Part shown: positions 1 to 12,635 of the stretch, piece after piece | Layout: the number at the start of each line of letters is the position of its first letter | How positions within the stretch are numbered: position 1 is the stretch's first letter | Origin: Utricularia gibba | Taxonomy: Eukaryota > Plantae > Magnoliophyta | Reading direction: 5' to 3' | NCBI GenBank assembly: GCA_002189035.1 | Contig: NEEC01000002.1 | Coordinates: 5,766,001 to 5,830,000 of the forward strand | Length of the DNA stretch: 64,000 nucleotides | Made by a program: the position numbers and the translations under genes | Notes under the pieces: model-generated | The model's input: the letters and a program-made list of their open reading frames with translations, nothing else | Database searches by the model: none | What the model was told of the DNA's origin: nothing

Positions 1-1260
1 GTGCCAACTGCTATAAATGGAGGCTTATTCCAACAATGGAGAAGTATGAAGAAATAAGAGAATGTATTATAGATAAGCCTTTCCTCTGTGAGGCAGTTCA
101 AGAATGGCAGCCTGAAATTTCATGTGATGATCCACCAGATGTAGAACAAGATGCCAGCAGGGTCTGGGCCATTGACAAACCCAGCATCCCTCGACCTCCT
201 TCTGGTTGGCAACGAATCCTGAAAATTCGAGGTGAAGGCGGCACCAAGTTTGCTGATGTGTATGTTTTCTTCCTTTTTTTTTTTTGTCCCTTGTTTTTCT
301 TTTCAGTTCACCATATAATTTTACCTCACACCAACATCAAAAAAAGAGGTTTTTTTCTGCTCAACATATTCCTTTGTTAGGGTTTATGTCTCGATTATTC
401 CTTATTGATATTTTTGTTCCTTTGGTTTCAGATTTTGTCGGAAGTTTTTTTTTTTTTTTTTCTGATGCCTCATTCTACACAAAATCATAGTTCTTATTTT
501 GCAGAAAAAGACCATTGTTGTCTTGGATTGAATAAACATGTGAAAAACTTTTTCTTTGAAAAAGCATGTAGCATTCAAAAAAATTTACACATTTATTTTC
601 TATGAGTATGGCATTGATTTCTGAAATTCATGTGCTTATAGCTTTTATGATGCACCGTCTGGGAAGAGACTTCGCTCCATGATTGAAGTGCAGAGGTAGT
701 GATTTCGCTTGCGAAAATCTGTTAATATTCATGTGCTTTGAAACTTCTCCATTAGCTTTCAGCATGCTTAGACATGGGAATTCATGTTGTTCATGCTTTG
801 AAGATTCCTTGATGAACATCCGGAGTTTGTCGAAGAAGGCATATTGTCAAAGTTCTCTTTTCAAATACCAAAACCTCTGCATGACAATTATGTGCAAAAA
901 CGAGCCCCTCGTATCCTGGAGAGCAAGAAACGTAGTCTTAAGTTCTCAGATTCTCCTCATCCAGCAAAAGGTTGGTCTTTAACAGCTGATTTTGAACATA
1001 AGAATCCTGCATCATATATTGGCTTCATTTCTCTTCGTCCAGTAACATGTCATGTATATACAGTTCCAGCAGCTGAACCATTGGCATGGATGGAACCTGA
1101 TTCGGAGATACAACTTGGCACACCTTCTCAGCCCTCCCAAGAATATTATGGATCTCCTCCTCCCGAGGGCGGATCAAAGAAAAGGAAAGTATTGAATCCA
1201 AGGAGCAGCGGCAAGGTAGTTCGTGAGCAAAACAAGGTCAGTAACTTTCCTCATTCTTAG
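1..1260 (+). CDS. Methyl-CpG-binding domain protein with CW-type Zn finger (MBD2-like), 5'-truncated by the window edge
   Basis: Exons <1-259, 642-695 and 804-~970, plus ~1063-1236. Spliced sequence reads CANCYKWRLIPTMEKYEEIRE...WAIDKPSIPRPPSGWQRILKIRGEGGTKFADV|FYDAPSGKRLRSMIEVQR|FLDEHPE...SKFSFQIPKPL, with GT-AG junctions. The 3' end is uncertain. Confidence 0.85.
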
Positions 1261-3203
1261 TTGGAGGCTTTCACCATAAAAATTGCATGCGATCACACAA
1301 TATGATTTCAGTGTGTGGGAGAACTCTTGGATGGATCAATGACCATGGGAATCCGATTAGATATTCGAGAGGAGGTGAACATATATGCTACATGGGAATC
1401 GGATTAGATAAGTTGTGGGCACAAGAAGGGATGCTTGCTGCAGTGATGGTGGACTAGATGTTCGTTGTAGAGGCAGAATCAACAAGCAGTGGCTGCCACC
1501 GGCAAGGAAGATGTGGTTTGTATATGATCCTAGCATTGTATGCGGTCAAGTTTGTGCGCTCTTCTTAGCAGACACTTGGTGTTGGTGTATGATTTTACTA
1601 GAAATGAGATTCCTCTGGTAGACGTACTCCCCACATGGGAAAGCTCCTGATCCACATGATTGTGCGCATGGAATTTATGAACACAGCAATCTTCATACAA
1701 GAGATGAAAGCTCCTGATCAGTGGCTCTGATGATGCACCCGTTTTGGCTTTTGACAGGGATCACGTACTTTCAGTGATATCTTCTCCAGAGATAAGTACT
1801 GGAATGCTTCAAGGGTAAGGGCAAATGAGCATTATATTTCCAATGCAATGCATTTTGCTGCGTGACTGATTAAGCAATCAAGGGAATCATGGAAAGTTTC
1901 AAATACAGTTGCAGCCTAGAGACGTTTTGGAAATCCAATCTTTTACGTTTTTTTCATTTTATGGAAAAGATCTGGTAAAAGATCAACTAACTCCTTTCAG
2001 TTAAGTGATTTTCCATTGTTCTGGGCTGCACGCTCTTCCTGGAGTGCTCCAACGAGTTCGTTCGTTTTGCATATGGATGTGTGCCGTTCTCATAAATCAC
2101 GGACTGTTTCACACTATGTACAGTACCAACTCCATCAGCACACGTTTGTTTTGCATACATGAACCATGAGGGTGCTTTTTCTTTTCTTGGATTTGTGGCA
2201 AATTTCGAGATGATTTACAAATCTGATCATAGTATGAAATGTTTGTTAAAAAACTGATCTTGAATATTAATTTTTTGTCTAAATTTGGTCCGTTTGACAT
2301 AGAATCTTTGTCTGTATACAAATCAAGAATAGTTTAGTATCATTATTTCCTATGTCATGCACTATACAACTTGGTCAGACTTCACATGTCAAGTGGCTAC
2401 CAATATTGCGAGATTTTTACCTTACAATATTTGCTATTTGCACGATACATTAATTGTTACTTTAAAAAGATTGTTTCTCTCATTATTTCACAAAAAATTA
2501 ACAGGTGATCAATTTTCTCACATATATATCACAGGATATTCACATATCCAAAGTATCCATCTCTCTTTGTATCACAGAGAGGGTGACAATAGTGATGTTG
2601 TCTGAACTCTGAGTATACAGGTTTTTTTATCTTTGACTCCATTCAGTTAAAATTTGCTTTAGCATCACAGCAACCATTGCCAGTTGACTCTATAACCCAA
2701 AGATTAGCCATGTGCACGTGCTGATGAAAAGTTTGACCTGATGATAGCGATATGCTTGTGTCTTGACAAAAAAGGTTGTTAGATACAAGAAATTTATTAT
2801 CATCAAGATGCTTGTAAGAGAAGCATCAGTTCCATTTTGTGGACACTAGTATGTTGTTTCTTGCATCAACATTGCAGATCACCAGGGATGGGGTTACTCA
2901 AAAATGCTATTTGGGTGATACACTTCCTCTATGGCGTGAAGAACTGAATCCATGAAATCACTATTTGACATTTTGGCAGTTTCTAGTCAACTTGTATCTG
3001 GTGTTCATCACTCTTTTCATATTGTCTTCTGTTTCGTTCCCAAGGCTCTTATTTTGGTCTTATTCTTCCTGAAAAAGACATCAGATTCAGTTCATCTGTA
3101 ACCTCCACAAATCAGTTGAAATCTGACTCACAACTACAATGTTTTGCAACATATTTCCTTGTTTTATTTCTACCCACTGTAAAGGTTCTTTTTCTTTCAT
3201 GTT

Positions 3204-5160
3204 CTATATATTAATGTTCTTGAAATCATCAGACAATCCCCTTGAAGATCGTCTGTCACCTTCACTTGTGTATACAGAGTAGAAGTCATCCTCCCCATCC
3301 GTCTCCCTGATCTCTTCAATGCTTGCCATTGCCTCTCTGATATCCGGCCTCTGCTCTGGATCCGCTGTGCTGCAACTCAACCCGATCTTCAACAGCTTCA
3401 TCATTTCTCCATGACTATTGCTTACACCATCCATGTCGTGATCGAACAAGTCAGCATCTGCAGCGTTTTGCAGTCGAGATTCAACCCAAGTAACCACGTC
3501 AACATCTTTGCTGCCTTGCTGAAGGAAATTGGATGGGAATCGTCCCGTCAGGATCTCTAAAATGAGCACCCCAAGGCTCCACACATCGGTCTTCTTATTG
3601 ATTCGGGAAGTAGCGGTGAACTCCGGGGACTTGTAGGAGATCATGTTGGCCACTGCGTGATCCTGATTCACAATGGGGACGAGCCCATAATCGGAGAGCA
3701 CCGGCCGGAACTCGCCGTCCAGGAGGACGTTGGAGGACTTCAGGTGCCCGTGGGGCGCGATCATGCTCGGCAGCTCGTTGTACAGGTAGTGCAACCCCCG
3801 AGCCATGCCTTTTACAATGGCGAGCCGTGTGGACCAGTTGAGGTGTGACTTCTTGCCGTGGAGATGAGACGCTAGACTCATGTTCTCCATGTAGTCGGCC
3901 ACAAGGAGCTTCTCCTCTTTCCGGTAGTAAAACGCGATGACGGAGATGATGTTCGGATGCCTCAGGCGACCGATGCGGCGCATGTGTTCATTGAACTCTT
4001 CCCTGTTGACGTTGTTCATGTGACGGAACCTCTTCACCACCATGGCGTTTCTCTCTTCCAACGCCGCTTTGTAGGTCGATCCAAACACCCCACTTCCGAG
4101 GATCTCCGCCGAGGCTTTTAGCAGCTCCGTCATGTCGAATTTCTCGACATCGTCTCGCAGGAACGTCAGCTTGACACCCTGTTTCCCATGCTCTGGTGTT
4201 GCCGAGCTGACAAATGCTATCCCCTGCTCCACCTTGTCCAACTCCTCCCCTGCTCCCCCTCCTGTTGCAGCCATTGTTTCTGGTTGCTGGGAAGATTTCT
4301 TTCTCAGAAGGATGAGTACAACGACGAGCAATGCAGCTAGCGCTGCCACCACAAGAACACACATGAAGATTCTTGGGGCGATGGATGAATTTTTCTCAGG
4401 GCACCGTTTCAGGGGCGTTCCGCAGAGCAGTTGGTTCCCTGTGCTCCAGAATCCATGAGAACGAAACCACAATAATGCATTGAAATGGCATTCTAGAGAA
4501 GCAACTCACACCTTCGAAGGACGAGGCGTTGAAATGGCTGAGACTAGCAGGAATAGGCCCCATCAACGCATTGTTGGAAACATTCAGCACAGCTAACTTC
4601 ACCTGAAAATCAGGCAATTCCCCTTCGAAGCCATTATCCTCAAGGTTCAGCTCTCTCAGCCTCGGCAGCCCAGCCAGCGTCATCGGAATCCAACCGGAGA
4701 ATTCATTATTCGCTAAATGCAGCTTCTTCAATGACATCATGCCGCTGAAAGTCACCGGCGCAATCTCCCCAGAAAACTTGTTATATGACAAGTAGATGCT
4801 TTTGAGGGATCCGATCCTACTGAGATTCGGAAGAGAACCCTCAAAACCATTGTGCATCAGACTAATGGTTCTCAGATCAGGTAGTTTTGATAGAATCTCC
4901 ACGTCCAGGACTCCGCCCAACCCCATGTTTTCCAACTTCAATCCCCACACTCGCCCATCATCATCACATAGCACACCGCGCCACGTTTCGTTGGCTCCGT
5001 TGCAGGGTGATCCGGCGACGTTCCATTCAGACAACACAGTTGCATTTTCCAAGGAATCCCTGAACCTGACGAGGATCTCGGCATCAGGGTTCTGCAGTGA
5101 GACCCGGAAATGGAAGAAAAGCAGGAGGAGAATATGAACACACATTATTCGGGTCGCCAT
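3204..5160 (-). CDS. Pollen receptor-like kinase (LRR-III, PRK family)
   Basis: Exons 5160-4512 and 4438-3204 joined by a 73-nt GT-AG intron (SSFEG|NQLLCG). Contains a signal peptide, LRRs (LxxLxLxxNxFxGxIP), a TM helix, and an atypical kinase (GSGVFGSTYKA, HGHLKSSN, DYG) typical of PRKs. Confidence 0.92.
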
Positions 5161-7424
5161 CTCGGTAGGGCGCACATACAAGTGCGCGCCCTGCAGTAGG
5201 AAATGCAAAATGGAGATGGGGAAAGGGAGGGAGAAGGAAGAGGTGGAAGGCGATGAGAAGAAACATGGAAAACTGAAAAAATGGGAAGATGAAAACAGAA
5301 GAAGGCAATAATTTTAGGAGGCTGGTGTAAGAATTGGACAAATGGAGAGATGGGAATTGCCCACCAGTCTCCATGGATTTCGGAAACTCAAATCCTTACC
5401 AAAAACCACATCTTTAAAAGGCAGATGATTGGCTTCTGTAGAACCTGTGTTTCTTTATGAAGAACAATGCTAGCTTTGGAGAGGATAACCTCACCATGTT
5501 GCTTCCTTGGCGCACATGGAGCTAGTAGCAGCACGCAAACCAAAAATCCAGGTGCTACTACTCTCTGCATATTGACTTCTTGAGCCTCTCCATAGATGCT
5601 ACGATTTCACATTCAGGTCGTAAAACAAGACAAAATCAATTAAATCTTGATTTGTGGAAATTAAGGATTAGATGGATTTGATAATCATGAATTCCAAATA
5701 TATAAAAATATAAATCATATTGAAAAAGATTAAACATAAATAATTATTAATAATATACAACTTATAATATATTTAATTATTTTACTTTTAAATTAAATTA
5801 ACATGTATGATTATTTGTTATAATATTCATTCTCAAGTAGAATTAATCTTTGATCTAATTAAGACTTATTTTTATATGATTATAAATAGTAATTGGATTA
5901 TAGATCGATCTAGTTTTTATCTTCTAAATTTAATGCATCTTTTTTTTATCAAAATTCATACTAATACAAAATCTTGGTCACTTAAATCATGTCATCATAC
6001 AAATACTCTAATATCATGTTGAAATTAATTATATTATTGATTGAACGAACGTATGTGAAGTTCAAGCATACAATAAATATAAATAACATTATAAAAAATT
6101 AGGTTTATTTGATTATTATTGATTTGTTATTTCAATTTAAAATCTCAATATGAGATTTTTTATTGTAATATGGTGTTAGAAGGAATAGATCCTTTTTGGC
6201 TGGTGCTACACATTGCCCATGTCTTACTTTCGAGATACTGCTATTTTGGTTCTTCACTACTACACAGGCACAATCCTAATTGGAGCACTTTCTTTATAAA
6301 GGCGACTGTTGATGAACAGTGCATCCTAGGGTTTTGATACATGGTGCGACCTTTCCCCAGCACTTCGCATCCAGGGACTGTACCTAAAAGAGCATTACTG
6401 TGATTGGTGGACCTTCATGTCTGTCTGTATACATGATTTCACGATGGTGCAGTAGTTTTCATTTAAAAAATTAGTATGAATTAATTTTTGACAGATGTTT
6501 TTAGAAAATAAAAATTTAAAAATAAGAATCATTTATAAATTTCTATTTTTTAGAATAAAATGGTTCCAAACAATTATTAGTGTGTAAGTCTATTCTAAAA
6601 ATTATTAGAACAAACAATTGCATATTAATAAATAAAATTGAAATAATCAAGTATATATAAGATTATAGATTATTAAGTAATTGATTTAACGTATCTTTCC
6701 TAATGTAATTCATATTTATTGTATAGTAAGTGTATGTCTTGACTTATCGGATACTTAATTTTAATATGGTATTAGAATATTTATTTTAAAGTATTATTTA
6801 ATTTAAGAGTAGGTATTTAAATAAACAATCTAATATTGGGTACTAGAATAAACAAATTCATATTAAAAAATAAAATTAAAATAGTTAAGTATATATGATA
6901 TTATGTATCACTAAATAATGCTTTATGTTTAATATTTTATAATGTGATTCATGTTTATTATATACCACGTGTGACTTCAACACAAAAAATACTTAATTTT
7001 AACAAAAATAAGTTTCTTAAAAACAAGAATGAAAAATAAAGTAAGACATAGAAGTATATTGAAAAAAAATATTCTGTAATTTGTAGAAATAGAAATTATT
7101 TTCAGCAATAAATTGTACCTATTTCTAATTTATAATATAATCTATAAAAATATAAATAAGCCATGTTTTATAAAAACCACTAATTTCTATTTTTGAGAAT
7201 GAGAAATAAGAAATAGAGGTTGTGTAAAATATATGGTGTTGGTGTTGGATTTGTGATTTTGTACATATTCTTTAATTTTAAAGAAAAAAAGGTATATTGT
7301 AATGTCCTAGTCATAAAAAATCCCATCAAGGAATATCGCAAAAAGGACTAATAAATATAATACAAGGTTCCCAAAACCTTCACTCTTCTTATACCGGACG
7401 GAAGGCACAAACGCACATGGTGGA

Positions 7425-7690
7425 AAACGTAGTGGGCCCATGCTACAGTACGTCTCCTTTAAGGCTGTCGGTGGCGGAGACCGCAATTGGGTGAAACACG
7501 GGAGGGTATTTCCGTAATCCGGCACTTACGCGGTGCCCCCGCGGGTCATTTTCTAGAGCACGTGGGCTTTTAGGATGGCGTCGCGTCTGGGCACTTGATA
7601 CGTTTTTTGGGGAGTAAAATAAGTACTTGGTTTGAATGCGCCTGCAAGTTGTAATAAGTTGACACGATTTCCAAATCGCGCACATCTTCC
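7425..7690 (+). promoter_or_regulatory. GC-rich JAZ promoter with a G-box and CGCG boxes
   Basis: CACGTG at 7559-7564; ACGCGG at 7528, CCGCGG at 7539, TCGCGT at 7581. All lie within about 300 bp of the JAZ ATG. Confidence 0.5.
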
Positions 7691-7825
7691 TCGTGCCTTT
7701 TCAGACCTAACCCCCGACACCTTTTCTCTCTCCCTATTAATCCATTCCATGGTGCAGACCTAGATTCCAAATGAACCCAGATTGCTTCAGCCGCTTCTAG
7801 CTGCTACCGCGCTATCGAGATCGAC

Positions 7826-8629
7826 ATGGGTTCCTCTGGGAAGGCGGATTCCGGGGCTGCAGCGACGAGGTCGACGTTCTCGCGGACCTGCAGTCGACTC
7901 AGCCAGTACTTCAAGGAGAACGGGGGTTTTGGAGAGCTCGGGCTTGGGTTGACTTCAGAAACCAGAGGTATGTGGGTTGAAATCGGGGGGTTTTTGTTTT
8001 GTTTGGAAGGTTTCGATCGGTCGAGGAGTTTCTGGATTTTGTGCCGTTTTCGGTGTGGTTAGATGTTTTTCTTATTTTATGGTTTGTGGGAACAGGAGGG
8101 ACCTTGGATTTGCTGCCCAAGATTGAGAAAGAACGTGAAGTGAGAGCCTCTCAGATGACCATATTTTACGGCGGTGAGGTTTTAGTCTTCAACGATTACC
8201 CACAGGAAAAGGCCGAGGAGATCATGAAACTGGCCGCCGGTTTCGCCGCGGCACCGTCGGCCGAGTCCCCCGCCAGCTCATCCGCTCTGCGCCGCACCAG
8301 TAAGCATACAATTAATTACTCCTAATCACGTCGCTGCAGCTAGCTCACGTTTTTCTCTACTCCGTGGCCGCAGCTCTGCCGATCACAAGGGGACACTCGC
8401 TGTCACGGTTTCTCGAGAAGAGAAAAGACAGGTTCGTGGTGGTTTTCCTTCCTCCATCGATTCGATTCTTTGCTCCTCGTTTTCTCTAATTAATCAATTT
8501 CATTATTTGCGTAGCAGGGCTCTGTCAGTCGCGCCGTACCACGCCAACAAGCCGCAGTTGACGCCAACAGACGAGGCTGAGGCCGGCCCCTTGCTGGAAC
8601 TGGCCCCGCCGGTATCCCGACTTCACTAA
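7826..8629 (+). CDS. JAZ: JAZ/TIFY jasmonate repressor (TIFY10-like)
   Basis: Exons 7826-7967, 8096-8299, 8374-8431 and 8518-8629. NT motif STFSRTCSRLSQYFKE; TIFY motif QMTIFYGGEVLVFNDYP.EKAEEIM; Jas motif LPITRGHSLSRFLEKRKDR|ALSVAPY with the conserved Jas intron. Confidence 0.93.
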
Positions 8630-9090
8630 GCGACAGCGGCTGCGGCGGCGGGCACCTGTTATGCACTGTATTTGACAAGGGATTACCCCACGTGTTAATC
8701 TACTAATTTTGCAGAATTTGTACGTGTGTATATATATATATATATTATTTCTCGACATAATTTCATATTTTTAATTGGTAAATGAGGAGGGACATTATTT
8801 AAAAATGAATAATTATACATAATTAATTGCGTGTTTGGAATAAACTCAGCACAGAATCGCATGGATCCTTTGAGCTGCCGCCCTCTTGGCCCGCAGACGA
8901 CCAAATTACTCATCTTTAACAGCATATCAGCATTCACCACTTGCACCTCACTGCCCTTTCATTTAGGGCATTTCCCACAACTGTATGGAACTGACCTGGC
9001 TCCACAAACTGCTGCTTAGAGCGGGGATGATTATTTTGATACTGCTCTTCCTGTCTGCACCGGAAGGCTGGATTGTGGGAGGGTTCTGTC

Positions 9091-11632
9091 CTATAGCTGT
9101 GCGAACAAAATTTCATTCCATGTATCAGGAACTCCGGGTAAGCACCAATGCAAGCAATCCTGGACACCCTCTGTTGCTTTGATGCTGTAACGAGATATAT
9201 GGCCCTCGTCTCGCAGTTCCGACAGAGAAGTGATGTCCAGAAGTGTAACGCCGGAGGCCCTTGCTGCCATTGATGCAGCAGGATCACCGGACTCATTTTT
9301 CACAACTTCCTTGCCGGCAGAGAGGGGTCTGTTGTTGTCACATGTGCCTCCGGTATTCCAGTCACCGTTGAAGAAATGTCTTGGTGAAATAGTTCGAAAA
9401 AATGCTCTCAAGCCAGGGTATAACGGGAGCTGTGAATCAACCCATCTTATGATACTGTGGATGGTCAGGTTTTTGGCATTTCTGATGTCTGCAGTCTTGG
9501 TACTACTGCTTGGAACACCATCCACATGCATGATCCAATGATTTGCGCTCAGTTTCCCTCGGTTCCAATGGTGGCCAGTGTTCAGGACTAGCACATCAAA
9601 TCTGTGAAGGAAGCGGCGCAAGAATGCTGGAGGTCGATCCAGATGCATGGCGAAATCAGTGGCATTAAGAGGTTCCAAATCACACAGACTTGCTGACCAG
9701 TAGAAGAGAATGGTTGTGTTGGTGGCAAGGAAACGGTATGCCCATCCGTCTGGTCTTATTGCTCCTCGTGGTTTTACGAGGCCGTACTCATAACCGACAT
9801 CAACAACATTCTCCGTTTGTTCTCCACCAGTCACCATGCACATCAAAGATTGGAACTGCTGTCGACCTAGTGAATCCCCAACAAAGGCCAAGGTTTTGTT
9901 TCGCATTCTGGGAGAATGAATAGAGTTAATGTAAGGCATGGGAAACAATACGCTAAGGTGTAAATCAGATAAAGACCTACGATGACAACATGCATGTTCT
10001 CTAGTTTATCAATTCCACCAACTAATAACCAAAATGAACTAAAGTAGAAAAGTCCATACTGATTTGACTACCAAACATTTGAGGAATACCTATTTCAGCA
10101 TTACTTGAAGAAGAAACGGATGATTTAATATATAGTGGCAGAACGCGCCAGTAATCAGAATCTCATTTGGAAATCGTCAGGAATAGCAAACTTAAACAAG
10201 CAAGAGTAGCTGTGAATGAAATTGACATTTACCTCTCCAGAAACTTGAATCCTGAAAAGTCCTTCATATTGCAATTTTTCGGCTGCCAACGTAATTTTTC
10301 ATATTCAAAATCCTTTCTTTGTGTTAGACGACAAGCCCACATAGAAGATAGCCATTTTTTGCATCCAAAGCCAGGGTATAAAGGCCGAGTATTGTCAAAA
10401 ACCCATCTACCTTGTGCATAATTGCAGTCTGCAATCAACAGACCTTTAGGCTGTTAGGCATAGTTTATAAACCTGGATAGTTCATGTTCAACACAAGAAA
10501 GAAAGCAATCAAAAACAAAACTCACAAGAAAAAAATAGTACAAAACCACTGTAAAACATCTCGCATCCAATTCAACTCCGCGATTGGCATTCACCATGCA
10601 AGAAAACATCAACATTCAGACAACATCCTTATCCCAGAATAAAGTGTACAATATGCACCTATTGTATTCCCAATATATGCATTACTAACGTTCTAATCTT
10701 ATCATTGAATCACATGAACTGTTCATCTTATCTATCACACCCATATTTCGTGGCCAAACTAGAGAACAACATCAAAGAGCTGATAATGTCCACGAATAAC
10801 ATCTCAAAAATAGATACCCTATAATATAGACATTTCATGTAAGAAGAAATACTAAAATAACATAGACAAAGAAATGAGCAATTGTGGAAAAAAAAAAACA
10901 AATATAGCATAGTTTTTTGCTTAATGTATACGCTGCTGTGTGAAAAGAGCTTCGCGTTTTCTGCAGGGTAGTCCTACTCCATAAATTTATATGGATGCTT
11001 TACTAAGGAAAATAACCTTCATGAGTACTGGCAGCTGGGAAGCTTCTGGGCTGATCCATTTTGACAGATGATTCTACTTTTGTAAGGTTATTCATTGTAG
11101 TTTCCACTTTCACCATGTTACCTTTTCCGCCAGATGATTTTGATCCTTTTGTGTCCAAATTAGAAAGGTCCCCTGTATCAAGAGAAAGCTTATGAAACTT
11201 ACATCTCGATAACCACATGTTTCTCCTCATAAATGCATAAAAGCAAACTTCTGCAGACAAAATTATTCCACATTTCATTTAAGCACATGACACGTTTCTT
11301 AATTGCTCACTTTCTACATGAGATTCTATAGTTAAATATGGGGGATGGCACCGGTTTGTTACTTTTCATTCCTCGTCCGTTTACAATACCTCATGCTGTT
11401 CTTAAAGAAAGATCCGAAGATGAAACTTCATTAAACAAGGTTGTACAAATTACGATATACAGAATGCAAAGAGGCAAACCTAGATCCCATTGCATGGAAC
11501 GAAACTGATTTGGAATGAAAGACGCAAAGCTTGGTGCCCTGAAAGATGCCAAAGTAACCGTGGTTGCACAAGCCAACCCAGAAAGATCAGGGAAACCCGC
11601 GAAGCTATCCCTGAAATTTTCAGCATCTTCAT
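9091..11632 (-). CDS. TBL: Trichome birefringence-like O-acyltransferase (TBL14/15/16-like), with an apparent -1 frameshift in the first coding exon
   Basis: Exons 11632-11480, 11172-11017, 10428-10233 and 9907-9091. PMR5N domain CNYAQGRWV...WQP; GDS motif (GDSLGRQQ); [16 protein letters not shown]-terminus. The first exon is 153 nt where 154 is required. Confidence 0.9.
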
Positions 11633-12635
11633 CCCACTAAACGGATGCATAATCATCCTAATATCACGGCCGCATCTTCATATCGAGAGAATCTGCAGTT
11701 TACAACATCAGGATCTCTCAAAAAAAAAAAAAAAAAACAAAAAAAGCAAGACCGTTTTTAATCCTCATTTTCACAACTAAAAGAAGCCAACATTAAATAT
11801 CAACAAACATTAACATCAAGCGTGAAGTTTCCGTATCTAATTAACCCTTCAGAAAAATAAAATATATAGGAAAACACAGCGAATCAACCAGCTGTAACAA
11901 GAGAAGCAGAAACCTGAAAAAAGAAGAAACAGTTACCTCGAATGAGTCGAATGCAATGACAGACCTAACTCTCCATCCAGACATGGAAACGAGTACCTCT
12001 GCGGTAGGTTAAAGAAGGTTCGTCACAATAATTGCGTGCCCCAAACCTCAAGATGGACTCAATTGCATCCCCGTGCATTCACAGTGAGCCAAACCGACGC
12101 AAATCAATAGGAATTGAACGCCAGCGGCGGGAGAAGAAAACAGCCGGCAGATTAGTAGAGTGTCGGCGACGGCGATGAGCAACGCAGCCCAGGTGGACTT
12201 TTGTGTTACGCTAATAGCCTCATCATTTTGACAAATAGCAGTGATGGGTCAGCCATCCACCGACATACCACCCAATTTGAAAAATTCCATATTTTCTGCT
12301 CTTACAAAAAAGAAATCAGAATTATTCTTATTAATTTATAATTAAAAATAATTTAAGTTTAGATTAATGCTTATTTTTCTATTTTATTAGAATATTTTCT
12401 CAAAAATTATTTTTTAAAAAATAGAATCAGATAAATTTTTAATTTGATTCGATTCGATCGAAAACATTGGAATTTAGTATTGGATACAGACGTGATCTCA
12501 TTGACCACCTGCTGATTTTTATTTTAATATAATTAAATAAAGATAACAAAAATAATTCAAAGTGTTTGGATAAAGACGAGCAGTCTGCGGCTGTGCCTGT
12601 TGTCGTATAGATTCAACTGAGCTATCTTGGCCGAG

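Noticed and set aside
3657-5141. Antisense and alternative-frame ORFs over the PRK gene, and similar shadows over TBL, CWF19L1-like, RMI1 and NPP
   Set aside because: These are expected by-products of GC-richer coding DNA and carry no independent motifs.
5388-5570. 60-aa ORF upstream of PRK as a secreted peptide
   Set aside because: It has only a weak hydrophobic stretch and no CLE, CEP, RALF or Cys-rich motif.
6119-6450. GC-richer island with short ORFs in AT-rich DNA
   Set aside because: No frame gave a convincing protein motif. It could be a captured fragment, but I cannot support that.
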